Source: a virus
DNA: 44,729 nt
Strand: one strand, 5' to 3'
IMG/VR virus record: IMGVR_UViG_3300013947_000009
Span: 1 to 44,729 of that record
A model generated the notes under the pieces. It did not search any database, was not told the origin of the DNA, and saw only the letters and a list, made by a program, of their open reading frames with translations. The position numbers were made by a program, and so were the translations under genes. Shown here piece after piece: positions 1 through 8,031 of this stretch; the first letter of the stretch is position 1, and each line of letters begins with the position of its first letter.

Positions 1-35
1 TTTACTTATATATAATAGAGCTTAGCTAAAAGTTA
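1..35. repeat. Terminal direct overlap; 1-35 is identical to 44695-44729, so the contig is circularly closed
   Basis: String comparison of both ends (tttacttatatataatagagcttagctaaaagtta). Confidence 0.95.
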
Positions 36-85
36 AAGTGCTATATTATCTAAGACTAAAAAGTATCTTGTCCATCTTATACCGC
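1..85. repeat. IR copy A, right part. Copy A = 44651-44694 + 1-85 across the junction (129 bp); exact reverse complement of 15462-15590
   Basis: Block-by-block reverse-complement comparison, 0 mismatches. Confidence 0.95.
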
Positions 86-126
86 GAGCCCGCGAAGCAT
101 TACCGCGCAAGACTTCGTTGCGGTTG

Positions 127-171
127 AAGATGAGCTTTTCATCTTGTACTCATCTTGTACTCATCTTATAC
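127..171. promoter_or_regulatory. Candidate recombinase-binding array: dyad aagatga-N5-tcatctt (127-145) overlapping three tandem 11-bp units tcatcttgtac/tcatcttgtac/tcatcttatac (139-171)
   Basis: Exact tandem 11-bp periodicity; mirrored by a related array at 15323-15369. Confidence 0.5.
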
Positions 172-194
172 CATTCTTCACATATAGAATCATT
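163..194. repeat. Inner inverted repeat, 32 bp perfect; reverse complement of 15301-15332. About 45 more bp match at roughly 75-80 percent
   Basis: atcttataccattcttcacatatagaatcatt vs reverse complement of aatgattctatatgtgaagaatggtataagat; ends at the repressor stop codon (195). Confidence 0.9.
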
Positions 195-542
195 TCATTT
201 TAAATTTTGATATTTGGGTATGGATTGAATATCATCTACGTACTCAAATATTTTCTTCATGCCCTTTTCATTTACTCCAAGCGCAAGTTTTAAGTGCTCT
301 TTGAACATTCTTTCATGATATGCCTTGAAACCGTCATCTAATGTTTCCGGAAGAACAAAGACAACCGGAGGGACGTCAAATATATGACACAATTCCCTAA
401 TTGTCTCCAACTTCAGATTTTTGGTAGCTCCACTTTCGTATTTTTGGATTGATGAAGTATTCACCCCCAGCATAATTCCCAATTCTGATTGGGTAAATTT
501 CTTTTCATTACGTAATTTTTTAATAACTTCTCCAGTTTCCAT
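195..542 (-). CDS. XRE-family HTH repressor (CI-like), 115 aa
   Basis: HTH_3 motif KFTQSELGIMLGVNTSSIQKYESG; divergent from the Cro-like gene; GGAGG RBS. Confidence 0.85.
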   Translation of the reverse strand: METGEVIKKLRNEKKFTQSELGIMLGVNTSSIQKYESGATKNLKLETIRELCHIFDVPPVVFVLPETLDDGFKAYHERMFKEHLKLALGVNEKGMKKIFEYVDDIQSIPKYQNLK

Positions 543-642
543 TCTAACGCCTCCTGGTGTATATGTACAATTATAGGATAATATCCGTAATATACAAAGT
601 CAAACGAACGTGTGTTCTCGTAAAGAAATTACGTATTTTATA

Positions 643-671
643 TTGTCAATTGTAAATTATCTTAATATAAT
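643..671 (+). promoter_or_regulatory. Candidate rightward early promoter (TTGTCA-17-TATAAT)
   Basis: Hexamers with 17-nt spacer in the repressor/cro intergenic region; spacer carries ttgtaaattat, repeated at 764-774. Confidence 0.45.
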
Positions 672-753
672 AATTTCGTCATCACGTGCAACGGTTTAAT
701 CGTCATATACATATTTACTAATAAAACGACTAAATCTTTGGCTATTGTGCTAA

Positions 754-782
754 TTTACATTTTTTGTAAATTATAGTAGAAT
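754..782 (+). promoter_or_regulatory. Candidate second rightward promoter (TTTACA-17-TAGAAT) proximal to the Cro-like gene
   Basis: Hexamers with 17-nt spacer; contains the second ttgtaaattat copy. Confidence 0.4.
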
Positions 783-818
783 AGTAACGTAAACCGAACG
801 AAAAGAGGTGATGAGATA

Positions 819-1034
819 TTGACAAACACGAATCTATTAAAATCGAAAATGGTAAGTTGCGGAGATTGTGACTTCGTACATAGTCTTGCAAAGCTTCTCG
901 AAATTTCTCGCAGTACGGCTTCGGTAAAGCTCAACGGGCGTAAGCCATTTTCACAGAAGGAAATCGTCATAATTGCAAAAAAATATGACCTTTCTCCTGA
1001 AGAGATATATCAGATATTTGTAGGAGGTGATTGA
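819..1034 (+). CDS. Cro-like / DUF739-like small HTH regulator, 71 aa, TTG start
   Basis: SLAKLLEISRSTASVKLNGRKPFSQKEI resembles phage Cro/DUF739 proteins; position opposite the repressor. Confidence 0.7.
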   Translation: MTNTNLLKSKMVSCGDCDFVHSLAKLLEISRSTASVKLNGRKPFSQKEIVIIAKKYDLSPEEIYQIFVGGD

Positions 1035-1039
1035 AGGAA

Positions 1040-1210
1040 ATGACTGTCGCAGAATGTGCGAAATTGATGGGAAAATCCCCGCAATTCATTCGAGTAGGAC
1101 TACAGCGTGGCATTCTTCCATTTGGCTACGCTGTAAAAATGAGCAGCAAATGGACATATCATATTTCAGAGCACAAAGTGCTTGATTATTTAGGAGGTAA
1201 ACATGGCTAA
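1040..1210 (+). CDS. Small HTH_17/excisionase-family-like DNA-binding protein, 56 aa (below the ORF-track cutoff)
   Basis: Hand translation MTVAECAKLMGKSPQFIRVGLQRGILPFGYAVK...; ATG follows a GGAGGTGA RBS. Confidence 0.6.
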   Translation: MTVAECAKLMGKSPQFIRVGLQRGILPFGYAVKMSSKWTYHISEHKVLDYLGGKHG

Positions 1211-2006
1211 ATTTAAAGTTGGCGATCAGGTTGTTGCGCAGAAAAATGCACCTTATAGAATCGCAACCAACGGTTGGAAAGGCATAGTAGTTAAGCTTTA
1301 CGGTGGTGGTGAAATCCGTGTTGAGGGTAAGAACGGCTACTTTGGTGTCAATGAAAAATATTTCGATTTGGCAGAAGATACTCGCAAGGTTGTCATTACT
1401 GTCAAAGGTAAAGAAACGATTGCAACTCTTTACGAGAACAATGCAACCGTAAGAAAGGGAATTGCAAAATGTTCTCCGGATGACAAATTCGATTTTGAAA
1501 TCGGCGCGAAACTTGCTTTTGAAAGACTGTTTCCTGAACGTCTTGCTGTTGGTGATTTTGTGAGAATAGTCGGTAATTCAAAACCCAGTCATCGCTTTAA
1601 AATCGGTCAGCTCTGCGAAGTGAGAAAAACGGGGCAGCAATACGCTTATTTGTATGGGCCAGGCGCGTGTAAGGCTATAACTCAGTATGTCGCATGCGAA
1701 GATTTTAAAAAAGTTGATTTTTCATTTGGCGAATTCAAAAAAGAGAAAATGGCAGTTGCCGCCACAAAGGATAGTTTTGATTCTTTCATTGGATTCGCAG
1801 CTAATCATGGCCTCACATTCGGGGATAAGAAATTCAATCCTTTTCTTGACTCAGAGTTTTCTCATGTCGTGTGTCTGCTTCGTCTTGGTTTTATCCCGGT
1901 CAACGGACACGCTGCGGATGAAGATGAGCTTTTCATCACTGTCGAAAGTGGCAAGTTGAAAGTCGGTACGGCTGTTCCTAACGACTTTAAGGTTTTCAAA
2001 TGGTAA
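1203..2006 (+). CDS. Hypothetical early protein, 267 aa, two SH3/KOW-like VGD segments
   Basis: Good RBS, operon context; no family recognised. Confidence 0.7.
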   Translation: MAKFKVGDQVVAQKNAPYRIATNGWKGIVVKLYGGGEIRVEGKNGYFGVNEKYFDLAEDTRKVVITVKGKETIATLYENNATVRKGIAKCSPDDKFDFEIGAKLAFERLFPERLAVGDFVRIVGNSKPSHRFKIGQLCEVRKTGQQYAYLYGPGACKAITQYVACEDFKKVDFSFGEFKKEKMAVAATKDSFDSFIGFAANHGLTFGDKKFNPFLDSEFSHVVCLLRLGFIPVNGHAADEDELFITVESGKLKVGTAVPNDFKVFKW

Positions 2007-3268
2007 CATTATTTCCTCACCAAGTTGAAGGATTGAAACAGACTGAAGGTTTGGAAAGCTGTGCTCTCTATTGGGATATGGGTCTCGGAAAAACATTCGG
2101 CGGGTCCGAAAAAATGATGCAATACGGAAACCGTGTGAATTTGGTAGTTTGCCAAAAATCCAAAGTTGAAGATTGGGTGAATCATTTCAAAGAACATTAT
2201 GATGACGTGATTGTCTACAACGGAACAAAAGCAGAATGTTTGAAACGCTTTTTCGATTATCCATACAACGAAAAACAAGTTTGTATTATCAACTATGACT
2301 TGATTTTTCGTCGTCCTGAGCTCGCCAGTCTGAAAGACTTCACCTTGATGCTCGATGAAAGCTCGTTGATTCAGAACGAGATGAGCAAGAGATCGAAATT
2401 CATTTTGAAAAAGTTGAATCCCAAGAATGTGATTCTTCTTTCAGGCACTCCGACAGGTGGTAAATATGAACGTCTTTGGAGTCAATGCAGACTACTTGGT
2501 TGGAAAATCTCAAAAGATGCATTTTGGAAAACTTATGTTAAATATCACTTTGATACTCGAAACGGTTTTCCTTTAAAGATTATTGACGGTTATAAAAACG
2601 TTGATCGTCTTAAAAGAAAGCTCAGAGAATATGGTGCCGTTTTTATGAAAACTGAGGAAGTATTCGATTTGCCAGCTCAAATTGATACTACGATACAAAT
2701 TTCATCAAGTAAAGAATACCGAAAATTCAGAAGAAATGCAATTGTTTCAGTAAATAATGTTGAGCTTGTTGGTGATACTACCCTCACTAAAATGTTATAC
2801 GAACGGCAGTTGTGCGGTCAATACAATGCCGAGAAATTTCAGGCTTTTCGTGATTTGTTGGAATCTACCGATGATCGATTGATAGTTTTCTATAATTTCA
2901 CGGCCGAAATGAAAGAATTACATAAGATTGCGTTTGAAGAATACGAGCGCCCATGCTCTCTGATTAACGGCAGTATCAAGAACCTTGAGGCTTATGAGAA
3001 TTGTGATGATTCCGTAACTCTCATTCAATATCAGGCCGGCTCGATGGGGTTAAATCTCCAAAAAGCAAACAAAATAATTTACTTCACTCCCCCTTTGTCA
3101 AGTGAATTATTTGAACAGTCTAAAAAGAGGATTCATCGAATCGGCCAAAATAAACCTTGTTTCTATTATTATATCGTTTGTTCAAAATCAGTGGAGGAAA
3201 ATATTTATGCAACACTCAAAATGCGAAAAGATTATACGGAAGTACTTTTCGAAGGTGACAATCATTAG
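2000..3268 (+). CDS. SNF2-family DEAD/H helicase
   Basis: GLGKT, MLDESS (DExx), LLSGTP and HRIGQ motifs. Confidence 0.9.
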   Translation: MVTLFPHQVEGLKQTEGLESCALYWDMGLGKTFGGSEKMMQYGNRVNLVVCQKSKVEDWVNHFKEHYDDVIVYNGTKAECLKRFFDYPYNEKQVCIINYDLIFRRPELASLKDFTLMLDESSLIQNEMSKRSKFILKKLNPKNVILLSGTPTGGKYERLWSQCRLLGWKISKDAFWKTYVKYHFDTRNGFPLKIIDGYKNVDRLKRKLREYGAVFMKTEEVFDLPAQIDTTIQISSSKEYRKFRRNAIVSVNNVELVGDTTLTKMLYERQLCGQYNAEKFQAFRDLLESTDDRLIVFYNFTAEMKELHKIAFEEYERPCSLINGSIKNLEAYENCDDSVTLIQYQAGSMGLNLQKANKIIYFTPPLSSELFEQSKKRIHRIGQNKPCFYYYIVCSKSVEENIYATLKMRKDYTEVLFEGDNH

Positions 3269-3710
3269 TCTGGCGATTTTGCTCGTGATGAATATTTCTC
3301 AAAGCATTCAACTGAAGCATATTGCGGCGGAATTAAAAGAAACCGAAACGGTATCTGAGGTTGAAACTCTTCCGGCTCCCACTGTGACAAGTTTGGGAGA
3401 GTACACAATCACTGCTTATTGTGCATGCGCGAAATGTTGCGGACAATGGGCAGTAGATCGTCCTGATGGAATTGTTAAAGGTGCAGCAGGTACTGAGTTA
3501 GTGAGTGGTTACTCATGTGCGTCCAATAGTTTTGAGTTCGGAACCGAGCTTATAATTGAAGGTTACGGCAATGTTGTTGTTGAAGATCGTACTGCTGATT
3601 GGGTTGACGAACGATATGATGGGAAACTCGTTGATATTTATTTTGCTAACCATGAGAAAGCTCTCAACTTTGGAAAGCGAGTATTGGAGGTGAAAACTTA
3701 TAGCAGCTGA
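3207..3710 (+). CDS. 3D-domain (RlpA/MltA-like) cell-wall-binding or lytic protein with N-terminal membrane anchor
   Basis: YTITAYCACAKCCG 3D-domain signature; hydrophobic VTIISLAILLVMNI; ATG 3207 follows GGAGGA (track start 3102 overlaps the helicase). Confidence 0.75.
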   Translation: MQHSKCEKIIRKYFSKVTIISLAILLVMNISQSIQLKHIAAELKETETVSEVETLPAPTVTSLGEYTITAYCACAKCCGQWAVDRPDGIVKGAAGTELVSGYSCASNSFEFGTELIIEGYGNVVVEDRTADWVDERYDGKLVDIYFANHEKALNFGKRVLEVKTYSS

Positions 3711-3765
3711 AAAAACATTCGAGAACAAAGTCAAAAAATTTCTTGAAGCCAACGAGGCATGGTTT

Positions 3766-4026
3766 GTGAAATTCTTCGCAAACTCATTTACGAAAGCAGG
3801 TATTCCGGATATTTTGACGTGTGTCAACGGTCATTTCGTTGGCATTGAAGTTAAAGCCCAGAATGGTAAACCCTCAGAGCTCCAACTTTACAACGTTAAA
3901 AAAATCCGTGAGGCCGGAGGATTCGCGATCGTGTTATATCCGTCTGGATTCGGAAAATTTAAGGAGTTTATTCTCGATTTAAGAAAAGACAACTACAACA
4001 AAGAAATGGAGGTTATTTTCAAATGA
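3766..4026 (+). CDS. VRR-NUC domain nuclease; start uncertain, frame is open from 3694
   Basis: GIPDIL..GHFVGIEVK..GKPSELQ motif; GTG at 3766, but homologous-looking N-terminus lies upstream without ATG/GTG/TTG. Confidence 0.75.
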   Translation: MKFFANSFTKAGIPDILTCVNGHFVGIEVKAQNGKPSELQLYNVKKIREAGGFAIVLYPSGFGKFKEFILDLRKDNYNKEMEVIFK

Positions 4027-4727
4027 GTAATGTTTACGATGACGTAGCTGAATTACAGTTACAGGTGGCAAATTTGCAAAGCACAGTCGCGCTTCTCAAT
4101 TCGAGACTTGTCAAAGCGGAGGCTTTGGACGGTCAAATGCTGATTGAGGGAACTGACTTGAACACCCTTGAGTGCGGAAGGTATATCATTCCCACTGTCG
4201 CAATTGCGCAAAGTCTTTTGAACGCTCCGACTGGGGCAGGTAGTTACACCGGCATGATCGAAGTTTATTGCGGCGGTAGCGGCGGACAGAAAATTCAGAA
4301 GTATACTATCTGCCGTAAAGACGAAAAGCTCTATTATGAGCGTTGCTATTATAGCAATGCTTGGGGCGATTGGAAGATATTCGATGCGACTGATAGCGGT
4401 TGGGTCAATCTGACGCTCGCAAGTGGTGTTACAGCTTATGCACCGACACAGCTTCCTCAGTGCCGAAAAATCGGCAAAGCGGTTTATATCCGCGGGGCAG
4501 TAAAAAACGTGCTTTCAAATGGAGTTCTTGCAACTCTTCCTGCTGGGTATAGACCAAATACAACAATGGCATTTGCACAAGTAACATCTGTCAGAACTGG
4601 AAACTTTGCAATGTTTGCAAGATATACAATAAATTCTGCTGGTGAAATTAAACTTGAAGCAATTTCAGACGGTGCAGATTATGGTGAAACAAAGTGGTTC
4701 CCCATTTCCACGTGCTTCAGTATTTAA
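4023..4727 (+). CDS. Pyocin-knob-like / receptor-binding-like protein, 234 aa
   Basis: N-terminal coiled coil, GTDLNTL..GRY..N.P knob-like segment, C-terminal DSGW..LP.GYRP domain shared with the next ORF. Confidence 0.55.
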   Translation: MSNVYDDVAELQLQVANLQSTVALLNSRLVKAEALDGQMLIEGTDLNTLECGRYIIPTVAIAQSLLNAPTGAGSYTGMIEVYCGGSGGQKIQKYTICRKDEKLYYERCYYSNAWGDWKIFDATDSGWVNLTLASGVTAYAPTQLPQCRKIGKAVYIRGAVKNVLSNGVLATLPAGYRPNTTMAFAQVTSVRTGNFAMFARYTINSAGEIKLEAISDGADYGETKWFPISTCFSI

Positions 4728-4739
4728 GGAGGTAAGAGC

Positions 4740-5099
4740 ATGAAAGGTGTTTATGATATGACTGCTGATAGCGGTTGGAAAACATTACCCCTCGCAAGTG
4801 GAATTACGCCGAACAGCGATTCAGTAATTCCGCAGTACAGAAAAATCGGCGAAGCCGTTTATTTGCGTGGAGGAATAAAGGGAATTGTCAATGACAATAC
4901 GCTTATCGGAACGCTTCCTGCTGGTTACAGACCCGAAAGAGTCTTTCACTTTATTCAGAATAAGACCGCGAGCGGAAATATGCCAATGATTGCGCGATGG
5001 AAAATTGAAAGCGATGGTGACATTATAATGTCATTTAGCTATGACCAACCTGAAGCGACGCATTGGTTCGCGCTCGATTGCAACTTTTTGGTGGACTGA
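4740..5099 (+). CDS. Paralogue of the C-terminal domain of 4023-4727, 119 aa
   Basis: DSGWKTLPLASG..PQYRKIGEAVYLRG..LPAGYRP aligns with residues ~124-234 of the preceding protein. Confidence 0.6.
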   Translation: MKGVYDMTADSGWKTLPLASGITPNSDSVIPQYRKIGEAVYLRGGIKGIVNDNTLIGTLPAGYRPERVFHFIQNKTASGNMPMIARWKIESDGDIIMSFSYDQPEATHWFALDCNFLVD

Positions 5100-5101
5100 T
5101 T

Positions 5102-6745
5102 ATGCAGGTAAGTTATTCGAGAATCTCAACCTATGAGAAATGCCCGTATCAGTTTAAACTCCGTTACAAAGATGGGCTTGAGACAGTATTCAATTGTGAT
5201 CCTCAAAACGCTCTCATTCTCGGTCATGCGCTGCATACGGGAATTGAGAAAAACGTTGACGAGGCAATCAAAGAATATTATGCTGCCTATCCGGTGATTA
5301 AAGACGCTCACATAACTGAGGCTATGAAGTTGGAATATTTGATTCCGAAAGTTAAAAAACTTTTACCCAAGGGTCAGCATGAAGTAAAGATTGAGACTGA
5401 TGATTTTGTTGGATATATCGATTTGTTGGCTCCGATGGGTTATATGGCTAAAAACTCGATTTACAATTCATACGGCGAAGACGTTGACGTTTACGATCTT
5501 TACGACTTCAAGTATTCCAATAACGTTGGCAGCTATATGGAATCGGCTCAGCTTCATCTTTACAAATACTTCTTTGAGCTCAAAAATCCGGGTAAACGCA
5601 TAAGAAATCTATACTTTGTGTTTATTCCGAAATGCCAACTCAAACAGAAGTATAAGAACAAAACAAATTCGAGAGACGAAACGCTCTATGAATTTCGCAG
5701 GCGCTGCCTTGAAGATTTGGAATCAAAAGAAATCCGTATTGAACAAATCCAATATGACCCGAACAAGGTCATTGAATATCTCATCTCAACTAAACATTGC
5801 GTTGAGGCTACGGACTACCCTAAAAATACTACGCGCCTTTGTGATTGGTGCGAATATCAACTTTATTGTCAGAAAGGAATTGATTATATGAATCTCCCTG
5901 AAAATAAAAGAAGGGAAAAAACTCTCAACACCAAGCCCGACATGTGGATTTATGCCGACTCATACGTCGGAAAATCAACATTTGTAGACCAGATTGACAA
6001 TCTGATTTTTGCAAACACCGATGGTAATATCGAAAACATCACAAGCCCGGTTGTTCGCATTAAGGACGAGATCATCAAAAATGGCCGTATGACCGACAAA
6101 AAATTCGCATGGGAAGTATTCCTTGAATTTGTCGATGAGCTCGAAAAGAAAGAAAATTCATTCGAGGTTGTTGCTCTTGACCTGATGGAAGACCTCTATG
6201 AGCATTGTCGCTTGTATATCTATGACAAGCTCGGAATTGAGCATGAGCAGGACGCTGGATTCGGCAAGGGTTGGGATATGGTCCGCACTGAATTCCTTTC
6301 GACTATTAAGCGCCTGAAAAACCTCGGCTATCGAATTATTTACATTTCAAAAGAACTCAAGACCGAAATCAATCTCAAGAATGGCGCGAAAATTACAAGC
6401 TATGCACCGAACCTTCCTGATAAGGTTGCCAACGTTCTCGCCGGCACGGTTACTCTGACGCTCAGAGCATTCATGAACAACCGCGGAAGATTCCTTCAGC
6501 TTGCTAAGGAAGAAAATATTTTTGGAGGTGGGCGATTTGACTTTGTTCATGACACCTGCCCGCTCGATATCAACGCTTTTGTTGAAGAGCTCAAACTCGC
6601 TCAGGGCAGTGAAGAAGCTCCTAAAAGAAAGCCGGTTGAAGAAACGCCGGTAACAACTGAACCAGCAACAACTGAGTCATCAGATGATGAGGCGCCGGTA
6701 GCAGAAGAAGCACCGAAGCGTAGAACGAGAAAGAAAAGAGACTAA
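5102..6745 (+). CDS. Fusion of PD-(D/E)XK (Cas4/RecB-like) nuclease with AAA_24 (Sak4-like) ATPase, plus acidic/basic tail
   Basis: YSRISTYEKCPYQFKLRY plus C-terminal Cys cluster CDWCEYQLYC; then WIYADSYVGKST P-loop; ATG 5102 overlaps the preceding stop. Confidence 0.75.
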   Translation: MQVSYSRISTYEKCPYQFKLRYKDGLETVFNCDPQNALILGHALHTGIEKNVDEAIKEYYAAYPVIKDAHITEAMKLEYLIPKVKKLLPKGQHEVKIETDDFVGYIDLLAPMGYMAKNSIYNSYGEDVDVYDLYDFKYSNNVGSYMESAQLHLYKYFFELKNPGKRIRNLYFVFIPKCQLKQKYKNKTNSRDETLYEFRRRCLEDLESKEIRIEQIQYDPNKVIEYLISTKHCVEATDYPKNTTRLCDWCEYQLYCQKGIDYMNLPENKRREKTLNTKPDMWIYADSYVGKSTFVDQIDNLIFANTDGNIENITSPVVRIKDEIIKNGRMTDKKFAWEVFLEFVDELEKKENSFEVVALDLMEDLYEHCRLYIYDKLGIEHEQDAGFGKGWDMVRTEFLSTIKRLKNLGYRIIYISKELKTEINLKNGAKITSYAPNLPDKVANVLAGTVTLTLRAFMNNRGRFLQLAKEENIFGGGRFDFVHDTCPLDINAFVEELKLAQGSEEAPKRKPVEETPVTTEPATTESSDDEAPVAEEAPKRRTRKKRD

Positions 6746-6763
6746 TTAAGGAGGAACCCATAC

Positions 6764-7204
6764 ATGGATTTTTCAAAATTTGATAAAAAGGTAGACCTTG
6801 AAGGTCTTAAAAAAGATATTGAGGATAGCGCGAGCAGCGACTTCAAAGAGGTTCCTCTTGGTAGCTATGAGGTAGCTATTACTAAACTTGAACTTGGTGA
6901 ATCCAAAAAGAAAGACCCGATGGTAAAGGTTTGGTTCAAGATCGTTTCCGAGGGTGAATACAAAGGCAGTCTGATCTTTATGAATCAGGTTATCACGAAA
7001 GGCTTCCAGATTCATATTGTTGACGAATTTCTCAGAAGTCTCGGAACCGACATCGACATTCACTTTGATTCCTATTCTCAGTATGCCGATTTGCTGCTTG
7101 ATGTTTTTGAAGCTATTGATGGCAATTTCGAATTTGGCCTCAAATACGGCGAAAACAAAGGTTTCAACACGTTTAAGATCACAGACGTTTTTGAGCTTGA
7201 CTAA
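6764..7204 (+). CDS. DUF669-like protein (putative SSB-like partner of AAA_24)
   Basis: Size, sequence character and conserved position after AAA_24. Confidence 0.6.
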   Translation: MDFSKFDKKVDLEGLKKDIEDSASSDFKEVPLGSYEVAITKLELGESKKKDPMVKVWFKIVSEGEYKGSLIFMNQVITKGFQIHIVDEFLRSLGTDIDIHFDSYSQYADLLLDVFEAIDGNFEFGLKYGENKGFNTFKITDVFELD

Positions 7205-7266
7205 TCTTAAAGAATTCCTTGCGGGGTATTTATTACCCCGCGGGGTATTTCCGAAGGAGGAATTAG

Positions 7267-8031
7267 ATGGTACCAAGAATGCCGGAAGAATACAAAGGTC
7301 AAACAAATAAAAATGGTGGGTATACTACGAGCTCGCCGAGAGTGTGGACCAAACATGAATTAGAATGGGTTCAAAAACTTATTGCTGAAGGCTACTCAGT
7401 TAAAGAGATTGCGGAAAGTACCGATCGCACTGTCACTTCTGTTTCCATAAAAATCAAACGTCTTGGAAAAAAAGATGGGGGTTATAACGCGGACCATGTA
7501 GAAGAAAAGTATGAAATAAACGATGCATTTCTGAATGATATTAAGCCAGAATTTGTTCTTGATTGCTATTGCGGTAAACAAAATTTTTATAAAGATAAAG
7601 TTGCAGTAGTGACTAATGACATTGATGAAACTATTCCCGCAGATTATCACATGGATGCCTTAAAACTTCTTTGTGCACAATATCAGCGTGGTATGTCATT
7701 CGACTTAATTGATTTGGACCCATTCGGTAGTGCTTATGACTGTTTTGATTTAGCGATTAAAATGGCTCGGAAAGGCATAGTCATTACTTTTGGTGAGATG
7801 GGGCATAAACGTTGGAAACGCTTAGATTTTGTATCACGTTATTATGGTATCAATTCTCTTGATGATTTTCGCTTGGAGAAGATGATTCAGCACGTTCAGA
7901 TGATTGGACGAAGAAACAAGAAGAATCTCATCGTTTGCTATCAACGCGAATGGCGCAATATTGCAAGGGTTTGGTTTAAGATTGAACCTCTCAAAATCAC
8001 TGAGCAATGGGAGGGAAAATTAAATTGCTGA
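7267..8031 (+). CDS. HTH (Myb/sigma-r4-like) fused to a TRM1-like SAM methyltransferase fold
   Basis: VLDCYCG (motif I-like) and DLDPFGSAYDCFDLA (TRM1-type DPFGS motif). Confidence 0.55.
   Translation: MVPRMPEEYKGQTNKNGGYTTSSPRVWTKHELEWVQKLIAEGYSVKEIAESTDRTVTSVSIKIKRLGKKDGGYNADHVEEKYEINDAFLNDIKPEFVLDCYCGKQNFYKDKVAVVTNDIDETIPADYHMDALKLLCAQYQRGMSFDLIDLDPFGSAYDCFDLAIKMARKGIVITFGEMGHKRWKRLDFVSRYYGINSLDDFRLEKMIQHVQMIGRRNKKNLIVCYQREWRNIARVWFKIEPLKITEQWEGKLNC

Noticed and set aside
86-126. GC-rich copy-A-specific segment considered as a tRNA fragment (a typical attP core)
   Set aside because: No T-arm (GTTCRANYC) or acceptor/CCA-like pattern could be folded by eye. It is kept only as an untested attP-core candidate in the findings.
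7221-7242. Hairpin gcggggta-N5-taccccgc after the DUF669-like gene, considered as a terminator
   Set aside because: It is not followed by a T-run and sits in the middle of a continuous operon. It may be an RNA-stability element, but the evidence is insufficient.
6773-7306. 177-aa ORF on the - strand
   Set aside because: It is antisense to the DUF669-like gene inside a uniformly + strand operon. There is no RBS and the sequence is not protein-like.
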